The translations under genes and the position numbers were made by a program. A DNA stretch of 64,000 nucleotides from an uncultured Alphaproteobacteria bacterium. Lineage in GTDB: Bacteria; Pseudomonadota; Alphaproteobacteria; GCA-2731375. The notes below the pieces were generated by a model that saw only the letters and a list, made by a program, of their open reading frames with translations, had not been told where the DNA came from and did no database searches. The DNA lies in contig CATOSZ010000001.1 of NCBI GenBank assembly GCA_951812805.1, positions 1,600,017 through 1,664,016 of the forward strand, in the 5' to 3' direction. Shown piece after piece: positions 27,812 through 38,130 of this stretch. Each line of letters starts with the position of its first letter. Position 1 is the first letter of the stretch.

Positions 27812-28951
27812 ATGTCGCTTGCCGAGGAACAACGAATTATCCAGCACATGGCGCGGGAGTTCGCGGAGAGTGAACTTCGACCCCATGCCCGCGAGTGGGA
27901 TCGCGAGGGCCGGATCCCGCCGGACGTGTTGGCGCGTATGGGTGAACTCGGCCTGATGGGGGTCTGTGTCGACGAGGCCTGGGGCGGCGCGGGTGCCGAC
28001 TTCATGTCCTATATCCTGGCGCTCGAGGAAATCGCCGCGGGCGAGGGCGGGTGTTCCACGGTGATGAGCGTCAACAATTCACCGGTTTGCGCGGCGCTGG
28101 AAAAATACGGTTCGGAAGAACAGAAGGCGCGCTTTCTCACACCGCTCGCCCGGGGCGACGTCATCGGCTGTTTCCTGTTGAGCGAGCCGCAAGCGGGCTC
28201 GGACGCATCCAACCTGCGTACCCGTGCCGTTGCGGACGGCAATCACTGGGTCATCACCGGCAGCAAGCAATTCATCACCTCGGGTAGCATCGCCAAGCTG
28301 GCGATGATCTTCGCCGTCAGCGATCCAGATGCCGGAAAGCGCGGCATTTCCTGTTTTCTGAGCCCCCTGCCGGCCGAGGGCTATACGGTCGCGGCGCTCG
28401 AGGACAAACTCGGCCAGCGCAGTTCCGATACCTGTCATATCGTGCTCGACGGCCTGCGGGTCAGTGCTGACGACATGCTGGGCGCGCCCGGGGAAGGCTA
28501 TAAAATCGCGCTCGCCAATCTCTCGACCGGGCGTATCGGCATCGCCGCGCAGGCGATCGGCATGGCGCGGGCCGCCTGGTCCCAGGCGCACGCCTACGCC
28601 CAGGAGCGCGAGTCCTTCGGGCGCAAGATCATCGAGCACCAGGCGGTGGAATTCCGCCTCGCCGAGATGGCGACGGAGATCGAGGCGGCGCGCCAGCTGA
28701 CGCATCATGCCGCCCGGTTGCTGGACGCGGGCGAATCGAGCTTGAAGCAGGCCTCGATGGCCAAGCTGTTCGCCTCGGAAATGGCGGAGCGGGTCTGCTC
28801 GGCGGCGATCCAGACCTTGGGCGGCTACGGTTATCTCGCCGACTATGGGGTGGAGCGGATCTACCGCGACGTCCGCGTGACGCAGATCTACGAAGGCACC
28901 AGCGACGTGCAGAAACTGGTGATCGGCCGGGCGTTGCGGGCCGAAGGGTGA
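27812..28951 (+). CDS. Acyl-CoA dehydrogenase
   Basis: 379 aa with ACAD N-terminal, middle and C-terminal domain signatures (…GSDASNL…, …YEGTSDVQ…). Confidence 0.9.
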   Translation: MSLAEEQRIIQHMAREFAESELRPHAREWDREGRIPPDVLARMGELGLMGVCVDEAWGGAGADFMSYILALEEIAAGEGGCSTVMSVNNSPVCAALEKYGSEEQKARFLTPLARGDVIGCFLLSEPQAGSDASNLRTRAVADGNHWVITGSKQFITSGSIAKLAMIFAVSDPDAGKRGISCFLSPLPAEGYTVAALEDKLGQRSSDTCHIVLDGLRVSADDMLGAPGEGYKIALANLSTGRIGIAAQAIGMARAAWSQAHAYAQERESFGRKIIEHQAVEFRLAEMATEIEAARQLTHHAARLLDAGESSLKQASMAKLFASEMAERVCSAAIQTLGGYGYLADYGVERIYRDVRVTQIYEGTSDVQKLVIGRALRAEG

Positions 28952-28955
28952 GGCC

Positions 28956-29855
28956 ATGGAACAGGCCATCACATTCGACAGCGACGGTGTGGAAATCGCC
29001 GGCATTCTCTATTCGCCGGACCGTCCAGCCGCGGCCGGCCATCCCGGCGTCGTCCTCTGCCAGGGCATGATCGGCGTCAAGGAATTCTTCTGGTTTCCCC
29101 ACATCGGCCGGCGCCTCGCCGAGCTCGGCCATGTCGCGCTGATCTGGGATTTTCGCGGCGTCGGCGAGAGCGGTGGCGAGCCGGGCCGTCTCTATCCGCT
29201 GGAACAGGCCAACGACATTCGCAACGCGCTGACCTTCCTGGAAACCCGGGCGGAGGTCGACGCCGACCGCCTCGCCCTCGTCGGTTTCAGCTTCGGCGCC
29301 GGCATGGTGCCCTATGTCGCCGGCATCGACGAACGGGTACGGGCGGCGGTCAGCGTCGTCGGCTGGGGCGACGGGCGGCGCTGGATGCGCAGCGTGCGCC
29401 GCCAGGGCGAATGGCTCGACCTGCTGGCCCGCATCGCGGAGGATCGCAAGGCCCGGGTCGGTGGCGCGCCCTCAGCCTTGATGGGCCCGATGGGCGGCAT
29501 CCTGGTCGGCGATCCCAAGACCGCCGCCGCGCGCGGCGACATCGTCAAGGACATTCCGCACATGGACCGACCGGTGGCGACGGACTATTCGCTGGCGACG
29601 GCGGAGAAGTTGATCGAGTTTCGCCCCGTCGAGGTCGTCGCGCGGATCAGCCCGCGCGCCATCCTCTTCATCGCCGCCGAATTGGATGCGGTGACGCCGG
29701 CCGACGACGTCGTCGACATGTACGACGCGGCCCGCGCACCGAAGGACCTCTGGCTGATCCCCGGCGCCGGCCATTACGACGTCTATCTGCCGGACCTGCG
29801 TGATGCGATCTTCGAGCGGACCGTCGCCTGGCTGGCCGAGCACATGCCGGCCTAG
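28956..29855 (+). CDS. Alpha/beta hydrolase (dienelactone hydrolase/BAAT-like)
   Basis: GFSFG nucleophile-elbow motif, about 300 aa. No signal peptide. Confidence 0.8.
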   Translation: MEQAITFDSDGVEIAGILYSPDRPAAAGHPGVVLCQGMIGVKEFFWFPHIGRRLAELGHVALIWDFRGVGESGGEPGRLYPLEQANDIRNALTFLETRAEVDADRLALVGFSFGAGMVPYVAGIDERVRAAVSVVGWGDGRRWMRSVRRQGEWLDLLARIAEDRKARVGGAPSALMGPMGGILVGDPKTAAARGDIVKDIPHMDRPVATDYSLATAEKLIEFRPVEVVARISPRAILFIAAELDAVTPADDVVDMYDAARAPKDLWLIPGAGHYDVYLPDLRDAIFERTVAWLAEHMPA

Positions 29856-30520
29856 CCGCGGTTCTCCATCCCGAAGACGAGGTCGTAACGGCCGGTGACG
29901 ATGTCGCCGGCACCGCGCGCCCGCAAACCCGCCTCGAGGTCGGCGGCGGCGAGCGCGGGGGCGAGCCACTCGGCGCCGATACCCTCGACGATGATTCCCC
30001 AGGGCGCCCAGGCGTTGCCGCCGGTCTCGCCACGCATGCGGGCTTCGGTCGTGTCGGGCATGCTCTGTTCCGCGTCGGCCTCCAGCAGGCGTGTGCGGCA
30101 GATGCCGGACGCCTGGGCGAGGGCCGGCAAAGCCTCCTCCGCCAGCCAATCCCGGGCGTCCTCGCCGGCGCCATAGCGGATGGTGGCGATCGCGCCGCCG
30201 TATTGCGCGCCCCAGGTCTCCCGGACATGGAACACCGTACGCACGGTATTGCGGAAGTGCGGCATGATCCGGTTGGTCCAATCCGTCGGGTTGTTCAGCC
30301 GTTCCCGGTAGGCCTCGCTGGCGAAGACCTCGACGCCCGTCGCCTCGTAGAGTGCCAGGAACCGATTGGCTTGCGCCCCGGGTGCCGTATAGCGCCGGCC
30401 GGAGAGAAAGCCCGGCAGGGTCACTCGTTCGGGCACGTGCTCGCGAAAATACCAGTCCTGGAATTCGCTTTCCGCCTCGGCCGTGATGTCGACCCAGGCG
30501 GCCATCAATGCGTTCGCCAT
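29852..30520 (-). CDS. Hypothetical protein
   Basis: 222-aa ORF from ATG 30520 (MANALMAAWVDITAEAESEFQDWYFREHV…) preceded by GGAGG. The longer ORF in the track is an upstream extension. Confidence 0.5.
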   Translation of the reverse strand: MANALMAAWVDITAEAESEFQDWYFREHVPERVTLPGFLSGRRYTAPGAQANRFLALYEATGVEVFASEAYRERLNNPTDWTNRIMPHFRNTVRTVFHVRETWGAQYGGAIATIRYGAGEDARDWLAEEALPALAQASGICRTRLLEADAEQSMPDTTEARMRGETGGNAWAPWGIIVEGIGAEWLAPALAAADLEAGLRARGAGDIVTGRYDLVFGMENRG

Positions 30521-30650
30521 CACCACGCCTCCATCTTCCTTGCCGGGCGACGGTATCGGGTCGGACGGGGCGGCGCAAACGAGGGCGCGTCGGCGCGTTT
30601 GTTCCGTTGCCGCCGCCGTTCTAGTCTTTTGGTGCGGGGAGGGGGCCGGC

Positions 30651-32579
30651 ATGGCTGGACGCGAGCGGAAGCTGACAACGATCGTGGCGATCGATGTTGC
30701 CGGATACAGCCGGTTGATGCACGACGACGAGACGGGAACATTGGATGGCCTGAACCAGGTCCGCGCCACCCTGGACACGCTCGCCCTCACGCATTCCGGG
30801 CGGTTGTTCGGCTCGGCCGGAGATGGCTTTCTGCTCGAGTTCCCGAGTGTCGTCGAGGCCGTCGGTTTCGCGCTCCGCGCACAAACGCGCAACCAGGAGC
30901 ACCAGGCCGGGTCGTCCGAGGATCGGCGTCTGCTTCTGCGCATGGGCATCAATATCGGCGACGTGCTCGTCGAGGACGAGCAGTTGTTCGGAGATGGCGT
31001 CAATATCGCCTCGCGCCTCGAGGGGTTGGCCGAGCCGGGCGGTATCTGTCTCAGTCGTGCCGCGCGCGATCAGGTCCGTGATCGCCTCGACCTGGAGTTC
31101 GACGATCTCGGCGACGTCGAGGTCAAGAATATTGCCCGTCCGGTTCGCGCGTTTCATGTCCGGGCGGCGCCCGACGTCATCGCGGACCTGGCGCCGAGGG
31201 CTCCCGGCCATGTCGTGACACCGCCTCGACGGCTGCCGGTCCGGGTGCTGCTTGCCGTTGCCCTGTTGATTTTCGCCGCGGCGGCGATCGGGTTCTGGTG
31301 GACGGAACGACCCGACTTCGAGCCCCCGGATCCGTCCAAGTTTGCGTTTGCACTGCCCGAGAAGCCGTCGATCGTCGTTCTCCCGTTCGAAGATCTCTCC
31401 CGGGAAAAGGGTCAGGCCTACTTGGCGAACGGACTGACGGAGAACATCACATCGGTGCTGGCGGCGACGCCGGACATCTTCGTGATCTCCCGGGCCGCGA
31501 CGCCGTCGGCAAAAGGGACGACAGCGGAAATCCGGGAGGCAGCGGAACGCTATGGCGTTAGATATGTCCTGACGGGAAGCGTGCAACGCGAGGAGGATCG
31601 GCTGCGGGTTTCCGTCCAGCTTGCGGATACGCAGAACCGCCGTCATTTGTGGGCCGAGCGTTACGACCGCGAGCTTCGCGATCTGATGGTCCTTCAAGAT
31701 GAAATCGCCGACAAGGTCCTGACCGCGATGCAGGTCCGGTTGAGCCTGGGAAAGAGTGCCGCGACCTGGCGTGAGCAAGTCGGCACCCTGGACAACTATC
31801 TCTTGTTCCTCCGTTGCCGGGAAGAATTCCAGAAGTTCTCCAAACAGGGCCATGCGGATGCTAAAGCCAGCTGCGGCGAGCTCTATTCCCGGCTGCCCGA
31901 TGTCGCTATCGCCAACGACATGATGGCCTACCTGCTCTGGCAGCGTGTCCAATTCGGGCTCAGCAGCGATGCCCGCGGCGACATGGCAAAGTCGCGTGAG
32001 TTCGCCGAGCGGGCATTGTCGCTGGGCGGAGATCGTCGCCCAGCGACGCTGGTCCTGCTCGCGCAACTCGACGTGTACACGGGCAAGCATGATTCGGCGA
32101 TCGCCCATATCGACCGGGCCCTGGAACTCGCGCCCAATCACTCCACGGCTTACACCGTGGGCGGTTTTGTCAAACACGCAAGCGGTCAGGCGGCGGAGGG
32201 TGCCGCCCTGCTGAGGTTCGGCATGCGGATACAGCCTGTCTATCCGACCTTCGTCCCCCGGAACCTATCCTTTGCCCTGCTGGAAATGGGCGATTACGCG
32301 CAGGCGATGGACGTGGCCAAGGGTGTACTGCCGAGAGTGGCCGACAATCCACGAAACAAGGCGATTGTGCTGCGTCTCCTGGCCGCGGCGGCTGTGTTGG
32401 CTGGCGACGAGGACGCGGGGCGCCGCCACATGGACGAAATGCGGCGGATCGACCCGAAATTGACCGTTCAGGGTCAACGAAAACGCGCTTATTTCATGAA
32501 GAATCAAGACTTCGTCGAACGCTACGTCGGGGCTCTCCGTCGCGCCGGCCTGCCCGAGGCGCCGGAAGTCGAAAAATAG
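30651..32579 (+). CDS. Class III adenylate/guanylate cyclase-TolB_N-TPR protein (paralog 2 of 5)
   Basis: ATG 30651 after GGGGAGGGGG. Cyclase domain (IDVAGYSRLM…GDGFLLEF…GDGVNIASRLE), TM segment, TolB_N-like motif (PSIVVLPFEDLS…), TPR region. Confidence 0.85.
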   Translation: MAGRERKLTTIVAIDVAGYSRLMHDDETGTLDGLNQVRATLDTLALTHSGRLFGSAGDGFLLEFPSVVEAVGFALRAQTRNQEHQAGSSEDRRLLLRMGINIGDVLVEDEQLFGDGVNIASRLEGLAEPGGICLSRAARDQVRDRLDLEFDDLGDVEVKNIARPVRAFHVRAAPDVIADLAPRAPGHVVTPPRRLPVRVLLAVALLIFAAAAIGFWWTERPDFEPPDPSKFAFALPEKPSIVVLPFEDLSREKGQAYLANGLTENITSVLAATPDIFVISRAATPSAKGTTAEIREAAERYGVRYVLTGSVQREEDRLRVSVQLADTQNRRHLWAERYDRELRDLMVLQDEIADKVLTAMQVRLSLGKSAATWREQVGTLDNYLLFLRCREEFQKFSKQGHADAKASCGELYSRLPDVAIANDMMAYLLWQRVQFGLSSDARGDMAKSREFAERALSLGGDRRPATLVLLAQLDVYTGKHDSAIAHIDRALELAPNHSTAYTVGGFVKHASGQAAEGAALLRFGMRIQPVYPTFVPRNLSFALLEMGDYAQAMDVAKGVLPRVADNPRNKAIVLRLLAAAAVLAGDEDAGRRHMDEMRRIDPKLTVQGQRKRAYFMKNQDFVERYVGALRRAGLPEAPEVEK

Positions 32580-32678
32580 GACGACGGTGCTGGGCGCGAT
32601 GTCCGCCCCGCCATGACAGCGTGCGACGCCCGGCCTAAGATCGCTGCGCACGACGGCGGACAAGGGAGGACACGCGCC

Positions 32679-33527
32679 ATGGGCCCGGAACTGGTCGACT
32701 ATCTGCTTTACGAGAAGGAGGAGATCGGCATCCTCTGGATCAAGTTCAACCGGCCGGAAAAGATGAACGCGCTCTATGGTACGGCCGAGGCCATGGGCAC
32801 GGTCGCCAAGGTCGGCGAGTACATGCGGGCGGGCGATGATGATCCCGACGTCAGGGTCATGGTACTGACCGGTGTCGGGCGCGGCTTCTGCTCCGGCGCC
32901 GATCTCAAGAGCCGGCCGAGCGAGGACGAGATCGGCCCCAACGTCGACGGCGCGCGCGGTGCGCACGAGGGGCCGGACGCCATGCGGCAGCACTTCTTTC
33001 ATGGCTTCACCAAGCTGCACCGCGATATCTCCCAGGTCCGCAAGCCGACCATCGCCATGATCAACGGCGCCGCCGTCGGCTCGGGCATGGACATGGCGCT
33101 GCATTGCGACATCCGCCTCGGCTGCGAGAACACCCGCTTCATCGGCTATCAGCAGGCCGGCCAGATCATCGAGAACGGCGGTTCCTACTATCTGCCGAAG
33201 ATGGTCGGCCTCGGCCGCGCGCTGGAGTTCGCCTATACCGGCGCGCTGGACGCCGAGCGGGCCTATGCGTGGGGCATGCTGAACCATCTGGTCGCCGCGG
33301 AAGACCTGGAAACGACGACGCGCGAGCTCTGTGGCCGCATCATCGCCCAGCCGCCGCTGGTGCAATGGGTCTCCAAACGGATCATGCGCCAGGCCCTCGA
33401 CAGTTCGATGGAGACGACGACGGTACTGACCTCGAACGCCGGCGGCATCCTGCAAAGCTCGGAAGACGCGACGGAAGCCCGCCGCGCCTTCGTCGAGAAG
33501 CGCAAGCCGGAATTCAAGGGCGTGTGA
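32679..33527 (+). CDS. Enoyl-CoA hydratase/isomerase family protein
   Basis: Crotonase motifs (FCSGADL, INGAAVGSGMDMALHCDIRL). RBS AGGGAGGA. Confidence 0.85.
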   Translation: MGPELVDYLLYEKEEIGILWIKFNRPEKMNALYGTAEAMGTVAKVGEYMRAGDDDPDVRVMVLTGVGRGFCSGADLKSRPSEDEIGPNVDGARGAHEGPDAMRQHFFHGFTKLHRDISQVRKPTIAMINGAAVGSGMDMALHCDIRLGCENTRFIGYQQAGQIIENGGSYYLPKMVGLGRALEFAYTGALDAERAYAWGMLNHLVAAEDLETTTRELCGRIIAQPPLVQWVSKRIMRQALDSSMETTTVLTSNAGGILQSSEDATEARRAFVEKRKPEFKGV

Positions 33528-33552
33528 GGACAAACGGAGGAGGAGCATCGTC

Positions 33553-33948
33553 ATGCGCATGGCGGGCAAGAAGGGCATGGTCACGGCGGCGGCCTCGGGC
33601 ATCACGGGGTCGCCCTTCTCGCCTGTGTATTCGGCGGCCAAGCACGGTGTCGTCGGCTTCGTCCGCGCGCTCGCCAAGCGCCACGGCCCTGAAGGGATCC
33701 GGGCCAACGTGGTCTGCCCGGGGACGACGGACACGCCGATGCTGCGCGTCTTCCTGGCCCGACCCGACCAGCAGTCGACGCACGGCATGGACCCTGAGGA
33801 ACTGGTGGCCAAGCGGGCCGGGCAGAACGCGCTCGGCCGACCCGCCCGGCCGGAGGAGATCGCCAACGCGGCTCTTTTCCTGCTCTCGGACGAGGCCTCC
33901 TTCATCACCGGCACGGCGCTTCCCGTCGACGGCGGCAATACCGCATGA
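33553..33948 (+). pseudogene. SDR-family dehydrogenase remnant: C-terminal half only (YxxxK catalytic region), N-terminal Rossmann half absent
   Basis: 131 aa starting …SPFSPVYSAAKHGVVGFVRALA… No TGxxxGIG N-terminal part lies upstream; the enoyl-CoA hydratase stop is only 25 bp away. Confidence 0.55.
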
Positions 33949-35174
33949 CGCCGCTTGCCGACATTCGCGTCCTCTCGGTGACCGTCTTCCTGGCCGGTCC
34001 CTTCCTCTCCATGAGCCTGGCTCGCTTCGGCGCCGAGGTGATCAAGGTGGAGATGCCGGGGACCGGCGATCCGATCCGGGGCATCGGGCCCTTCACCGGG
34101 CCGAACGGCATCACGGCGGAGCGGGAAAGCGACGAGGATCTCTCCGTCCGTTTCCTCAAACGCTCCGAAGGGGTGAAGAGCGTCACCCTGAACCTGAAGG
34201 ACGACGAAGGCCGGGCCATGTTCCTGGAACTGGCGAAGCAGGCCGACGTGGTGATCGAGAATCTCTCGCCCGGTTCCCTGACCCGCCTCGGCCTCGGCTA
34301 TGACGAGGTGGCGGCGGTCAATCCGAAAATCATCTATTGCTCCATCGCCGGCTACGGCCAGAGCGGGCCCTACAAGGACCTGCCCGCGCACGACCACCAG
34401 ATCCAGGCGATGAGCGGCATCATGGACATGAACGGGGCCGCCGACGGCCCGCCGACGCGGCTCGGCGTCTTCGTCGGAGATCTGGTAACGCCGCTTTATG
34501 CCGCCTATTCGATCCTGGGCGCGCTGCGCCACCGGGACGCCACGGGGGAAGGACAGTATCTCGACGCCTCCATGATCGACACGCTGGCGACCTTGATGTT
34601 CATGGAGCCGTTGGAACACGTGCTGCACGAGGGCCTGCCGGTCAGGGCCGGCAACGATGCCCGCAACAACGTCACCGGCCTTTACCGGTTGACGGACGGC
34701 GACGTCATCATCACGGCGGGCAGTGCCGGGCGCTGGGAAAAGCTGTGCCGCGCCCTCGGCCTCGACCAGCTGCTGGAGGATCCGCGTTATGCCGGGACCG
34801 AGGGGCGCCAGGCCCATGTCGTCGAACTCCGCGCCGAGGTCCAGGCAAAGCTCGGCCAATATGGTTGCGCGGAGGGTATCGCCCTGCTGGAGGGCGTCGG
34901 CGTGCCGATCGCCCGGGTCCGTACCCTGCCGGAGGTGATCGAAGATCGCCATTTCTGGGATCGCGGCACCTTGAAGCCGATGCGCCGCCACGGTTCGCCC
35001 GAGCCGGTCGAACGGAGTATCATCCCTGGCTTTCCGGTAACCTTTTCCGGCGGCGACCTGCCGGCGCTGGAAGGCGGCGCGCCGCTCGGCGAGCACAACG
35101 ACGATATCTACGGCCGCTTGCTCGGCCTCGATCCGGCCGCGCTCGCAGAGTTGAAGCGCAAGGGCGTCATCTGA
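33945..35174 (+). CDS. Family III CoA-transferase (CaiB/BaiF)
   Basis: …RVLSVTVFLAGPF…VIENLSPG… family-III signature. ATGA overlap with the upstream ORF. Confidence 0.9.
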   Translation: MTPLADIRVLSVTVFLAGPFLSMSLARFGAEVIKVEMPGTGDPIRGIGPFTGPNGITAERESDEDLSVRFLKRSEGVKSVTLNLKDDEGRAMFLELAKQADVVIENLSPGSLTRLGLGYDEVAAVNPKIIYCSIAGYGQSGPYKDLPAHDHQIQAMSGIMDMNGAADGPPTRLGVFVGDLVTPLYAAYSILGALRHRDATGEGQYLDASMIDTLATLMFMEPLEHVLHEGLPVRAGNDARNNVTGLYRLTDGDVIITAGSAGRWEKLCRALGLDQLLEDPRYAGTEGRQAHVVELRAEVQAKLGQYGCAEGIALLEGVGVPIARVRTLPEVIEDRHFWDRGTLKPMRRHGSPEPVERSIIPGFPVTFSGGDLPALEGGAPLGEHNDDIYGRLLGLDPAALAELKRKGVI

Positions 35175-35187
35175 GGGAGAAGGCTCC

Positions 35188-36090
35188 ATGAGCGATCTCG
35201 GCGATATCCTGAAGCCGCAGGATGCGGTGCGCCTGGCGACCGGCTATGTCTTTACCGAAGGGCCGCTCTGGCATCCGGGCGGCTTTTACTATTTCAACGA
35301 TATCCGCCCGGGCGCGCTCTATCGGATGGTGCCGGGCGAGACGCCGGCGCTGATCCGCCGTACCGACAACGCCAACGGCATGACCTTCGACCTCGAAGGC
35401 CGGCAGATCCATTGCGAGGGGTTCGGCCGCCGGGTCACCCGGACCGGCGCCGACGGCGTGGTCGAAACCCTGGTCGACCGCTTCGAGGGTCGCCGCTTCA
35501 ACCGGCCGAACGACGTGATCTGCCGCAGCGACGGCAGCCTCTATTTCACCGACCCCTCCTACCGGGTGCCGTTCGCGGAACGGGAACAGCCGGGGCCGGA
35601 GGGGGTCGACGACGTCTGGGGTGGCGCCCGGGTCTACCGGGTCTTTCCCGATGGTCGCATCGAGATCGTCTTCGAGTGCGAATATCCCAACGGCCTCGCT
35701 TTCTCGCCCGACGAGCGCACGCTCTATGTCGCCAACACCCGGCTGACGAAATACATCCATGCCGTCGATCTCGATGCCGAGGGCTGCATGACCGGCCGGC
35801 GGATCTTCGCCGACCTCAGCGCCGGCGACGCGCCGGGCATTCCCGACGGCATGAAGGTCGACGAGGAAGGCCGGGTCTACTGCACCGGCCCCGGAGGCAT
35901 CTGGGTGCACGAGCCGGACGGCCGGCATATCGGCATCATCGAGCTGCCGGAAATGGCGGTGAACTTCTGCTTCGGCGGCGAGGACTTGAAGACGCTTTTC
36001 GTCTGCGCGGTGACCTCGGTCTATACGCTCAGGCTCGAGACGGCGGGCGATCCGCTTCCCTGGTATCGTGTACGTGACACGGCGGATTGA
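35188..36090 (+). CDS. SMP-30/gluconolactonase/LRE-family protein
   Basis: Beta-propeller lactonase-like sequence (…FTEGPLWHP…NGMTFD…PNGLAFSPD…PDGMKVD…). RBS GAGGGAGAAGG. Confidence 0.9.
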   Translation: MSDLGDILKPQDAVRLATGYVFTEGPLWHPGGFYYFNDIRPGALYRMVPGETPALIRRTDNANGMTFDLEGRQIHCEGFGRRVTRTGADGVVETLVDRFEGRRFNRPNDVICRSDGSLYFTDPSYRVPFAEREQPGPEGVDDVWGGARVYRVFPDGRIEIVFECEYPNGLAFSPDERTLYVANTRLTKYIHAVDLDAEGCMTGRRIFADLSAGDAPGIPDGMKVDEEGRVYCTGPGGIWVHEPDGRHIGIIELPEMAVNFCFGGEDLKTLFVCAVTSVYTLRLETAGDPLPWYRVRDTAD

Positions 36091-36107
36091 GATTGATCTG
36101 AAGCGCC

Positions 36108-36182
36108 CGGCCACCCACGCCCCCGGCCCAGCCACCCATGGTGTGTACCCTTGGGGTGGTTGGGCCGGGGGCGTGGGTGGCC
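36108..36182. repeat. Near-perfect 30-bp-arm inverted repeat (stem-loop) between convergent/serial genes
   Basis: cggccacccacgcccccggcccagccaccc [15-nt loop] gggtggttgggccgggggcgtgggtggccg (29/30 complementary). Confidence 0.4.
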
Positions 36183-36209
36183 GGGACTCAACTCGAAAGG
36201 ACTGAAAAA

Positions 36210-37436
36210 ATGGACGGCAACGGCACGGCTGCGGCACTCGACGGCATCAAGGTTCTGGATTTCACCCAGTTCGAGGCGGGTCCGTCCTGCACCCAGGCGC
36301 TGGCCTGGTTCGGCGCCGAGGTGGTGAAGGTGGAGGAGCCGACCCGCGGCGAGCCCGGGCGCTGGGGCTTCACCAACAAGCAGGGCGTCGATTCGCAATA
36401 CTTCATCTTCTACAACACCAACAAGAAGAGCGTGACCTGCAACCTGAAGTCGCCCGAGGGCAAGGCGCTGATCGAGGACCTGGTGAAGCATGCCGACGTC
36501 GTCGTCGAGAACATGGCGCCCGGCACCTTCGCCCGCCTCGGCTTCGACTGGGCGCGGTTGCGCGAGCTGAACCCCCGGCTGATCTTCGCCCAGGTGAAGG
36601 GCTTCGCCGCCGACGGCCCGCACGGCGACTTCCTTGCCTTCGACATGATCGCCCAGGCGGCGGGCGGTACCTATGCCATCAACGGCATGCCAAACCAGCC
36701 GCCGGTCCGCCCCGGCCCGACCATCGGCGATACCGGCACGGGCATGCTGGCGGCGATGGGCATCCTCGCCGCGCTGTTCCAGCGCAACGTCACCGGCACG
36801 GGGCAGCATATCGAGCTCGCCATGCGCGACGCCATGGTCAACTACAGCCGTACCTCGATGAGCCGCCAGGCCGCGCTCGAGGATGACAGCCTGCTGCCCC
36901 GCATCGGTAACGAGGTCTTCGGCACGGCGCCCGGCGGCCTCTTTCCCTGCAAGCCCGGCGGCCTCGACGACTGGGCCTATGTCTATACGAGCCGCGGCAA
37001 CGAGGAGCACTGGCGGCGCCTGTGCCGGGCGATCGGCCGCGAGGACCTGCTGGAGGACGAGCGGCTCGGCAACGGCGTGATGCGCTATGAGCACAAGGAC
37101 ATCGTCAACACGGCGATCAGCGATTGGACCAGCCAGCGCACCAAGCGCGAGGTGATGGACATCATCGGCGGCGCGGGCGTGCCCTGCGGTGCGGTGCTGA
37201 ACATGAAGGAACAGCTGGAGGACGCGGATCTGCATGCCCGCGGCATCATGGCGACGATCGATCATCCCCAGCGCGGCGAGATGACCGTGCCGGCCTGGCC
37301 GATCAAGATGTCGGAAAGCCAGGTGCCGATCCGTTCGGCACCGCTGCATGGCGGCGACAACGAAGAGATCTACGGCGACTGGCTCGGCCTGTCGGCCGAC
37401 GAGGTGGCGCGGATGCGCACCGAGAACGTGATCTGA
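36210..37436 (+). CDS. Family III CoA-transferase (formyl-CoA transferase/Frc-like)
   Basis: …IKVLDFTQFEAGPSCTQALAWFGAEVVKVE… ATG 36210 after AAAGGA. Confidence 0.9.
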   Translation: MDGNGTAAALDGIKVLDFTQFEAGPSCTQALAWFGAEVVKVEEPTRGEPGRWGFTNKQGVDSQYFIFYNTNKKSVTCNLKSPEGKALIEDLVKHADVVVENMAPGTFARLGFDWARLRELNPRLIFAQVKGFAADGPHGDFLAFDMIAQAAGGTYAINGMPNQPPVRPGPTIGDTGTGMLAAMGILAALFQRNVTGTGQHIELAMRDAMVNYSRTSMSRQAALEDDSLLPRIGNEVFGTAPGGLFPCKPGGLDDWAYVYTSRGNEEHWRRLCRAIGREDLLEDERLGNGVMRYEHKDIVNTAISDWTSQRTKREVMDIIGGAGVPCGAVLNMKEQLEDADLHARGIMATIDHPQRGEMTVPAWPIKMSESQVPIRSAPLHGGDNEEIYGDWLGLSADEVARMRTENVI

Positions 37437-37467
37437 GGCGACGACGGATTTCCGGAAAGGAAACGAC

Positions 37468-38124
37468 ATGACCAAAATCTGGGGCCGCAACGACGGCTCG
37501 AACGTCATCAAGGTAATGTGGTGCGTCGGCGAACTCGCCATCGCGCACGATCGGATCGACTGGGGCGGCGGCTTCGGCGGCAACGACGATCCCGAATACC
37601 GGGCCAAGAACCCGAACGGCCGCCTGCCGACCCTGGAAGAGGCCGACGGTTTCACGCTCTGGGAATCAGGCGCGATCATCCGCTATCTCTGCGCCAAACA
37701 CGCGGCCGGCACGCTCTATCCGGAAGATCCGCGGGCGCGGGCGGCGGCGGACAAGTGGATGGATTGGAGCTCGCTCAACTTCGCCGGCTTCAACGCGGCC
37801 TACCTCGACTATTACTTCCGGCTTTCGGAGGCCGAACGGGACCCGGAGGCGATTCCGCGCACCGTTGCCGCGCTCCGCCCCCAGCTGGAGATCCTGGAGG
37901 CCCATTTGGGCGAGAACGACTACCTCGGCGGTTCGGACCTGACGATCGCCGATTTTCCGGCCGGCTCCCTGATCGACCGCTGGATCCGCTGGACCCCGAA
38001 CCGGCCGGGCTATGCCAACGTCGAGGCCTATTACGATCGTCTCGCCGCCCGCCCGGCCTACCAGGCGCATGTCATCCAACCGAACGATGCCCGCACCGCC
38101 CAGGCCCAGGCGAGCTGGAGTTAA
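37468..38124 (+). CDS. Glutathione S-transferase
   Basis: GST N- and C-terminal domain pattern. 218 aa. Confidence 0.85.
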   Translation: MTKIWGRNDGSNVIKVMWCVGELAIAHDRIDWGGGFGGNDDPEYRAKNPNGRLPTLEEADGFTLWESGAIIRYLCAKHAAGTLYPEDPRARAAADKWMDWSSLNFAGFNAAYLDYYFRLSEAERDPEAIPRTVAALRPQLEILEAHLGENDYLGGSDLTIADFPAGSLIDRWIRWTPNRPGYANVEAYYDRLAARPAYQAHVIQPNDARTAQAQASWS

Positions 38125-38130
38125 TCGGGG

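Noticed and set aside
32265-35189. 974-aa minus-strand ORF
   Set aside because: Antisense to the crotonase, CoA-transferase and SMP-30 genes, whose sense-strand products have clear families.
36021-37679. 552-aa minus-strand ORF
   Set aside because: Antisense to the Frc-like CoA transferase.
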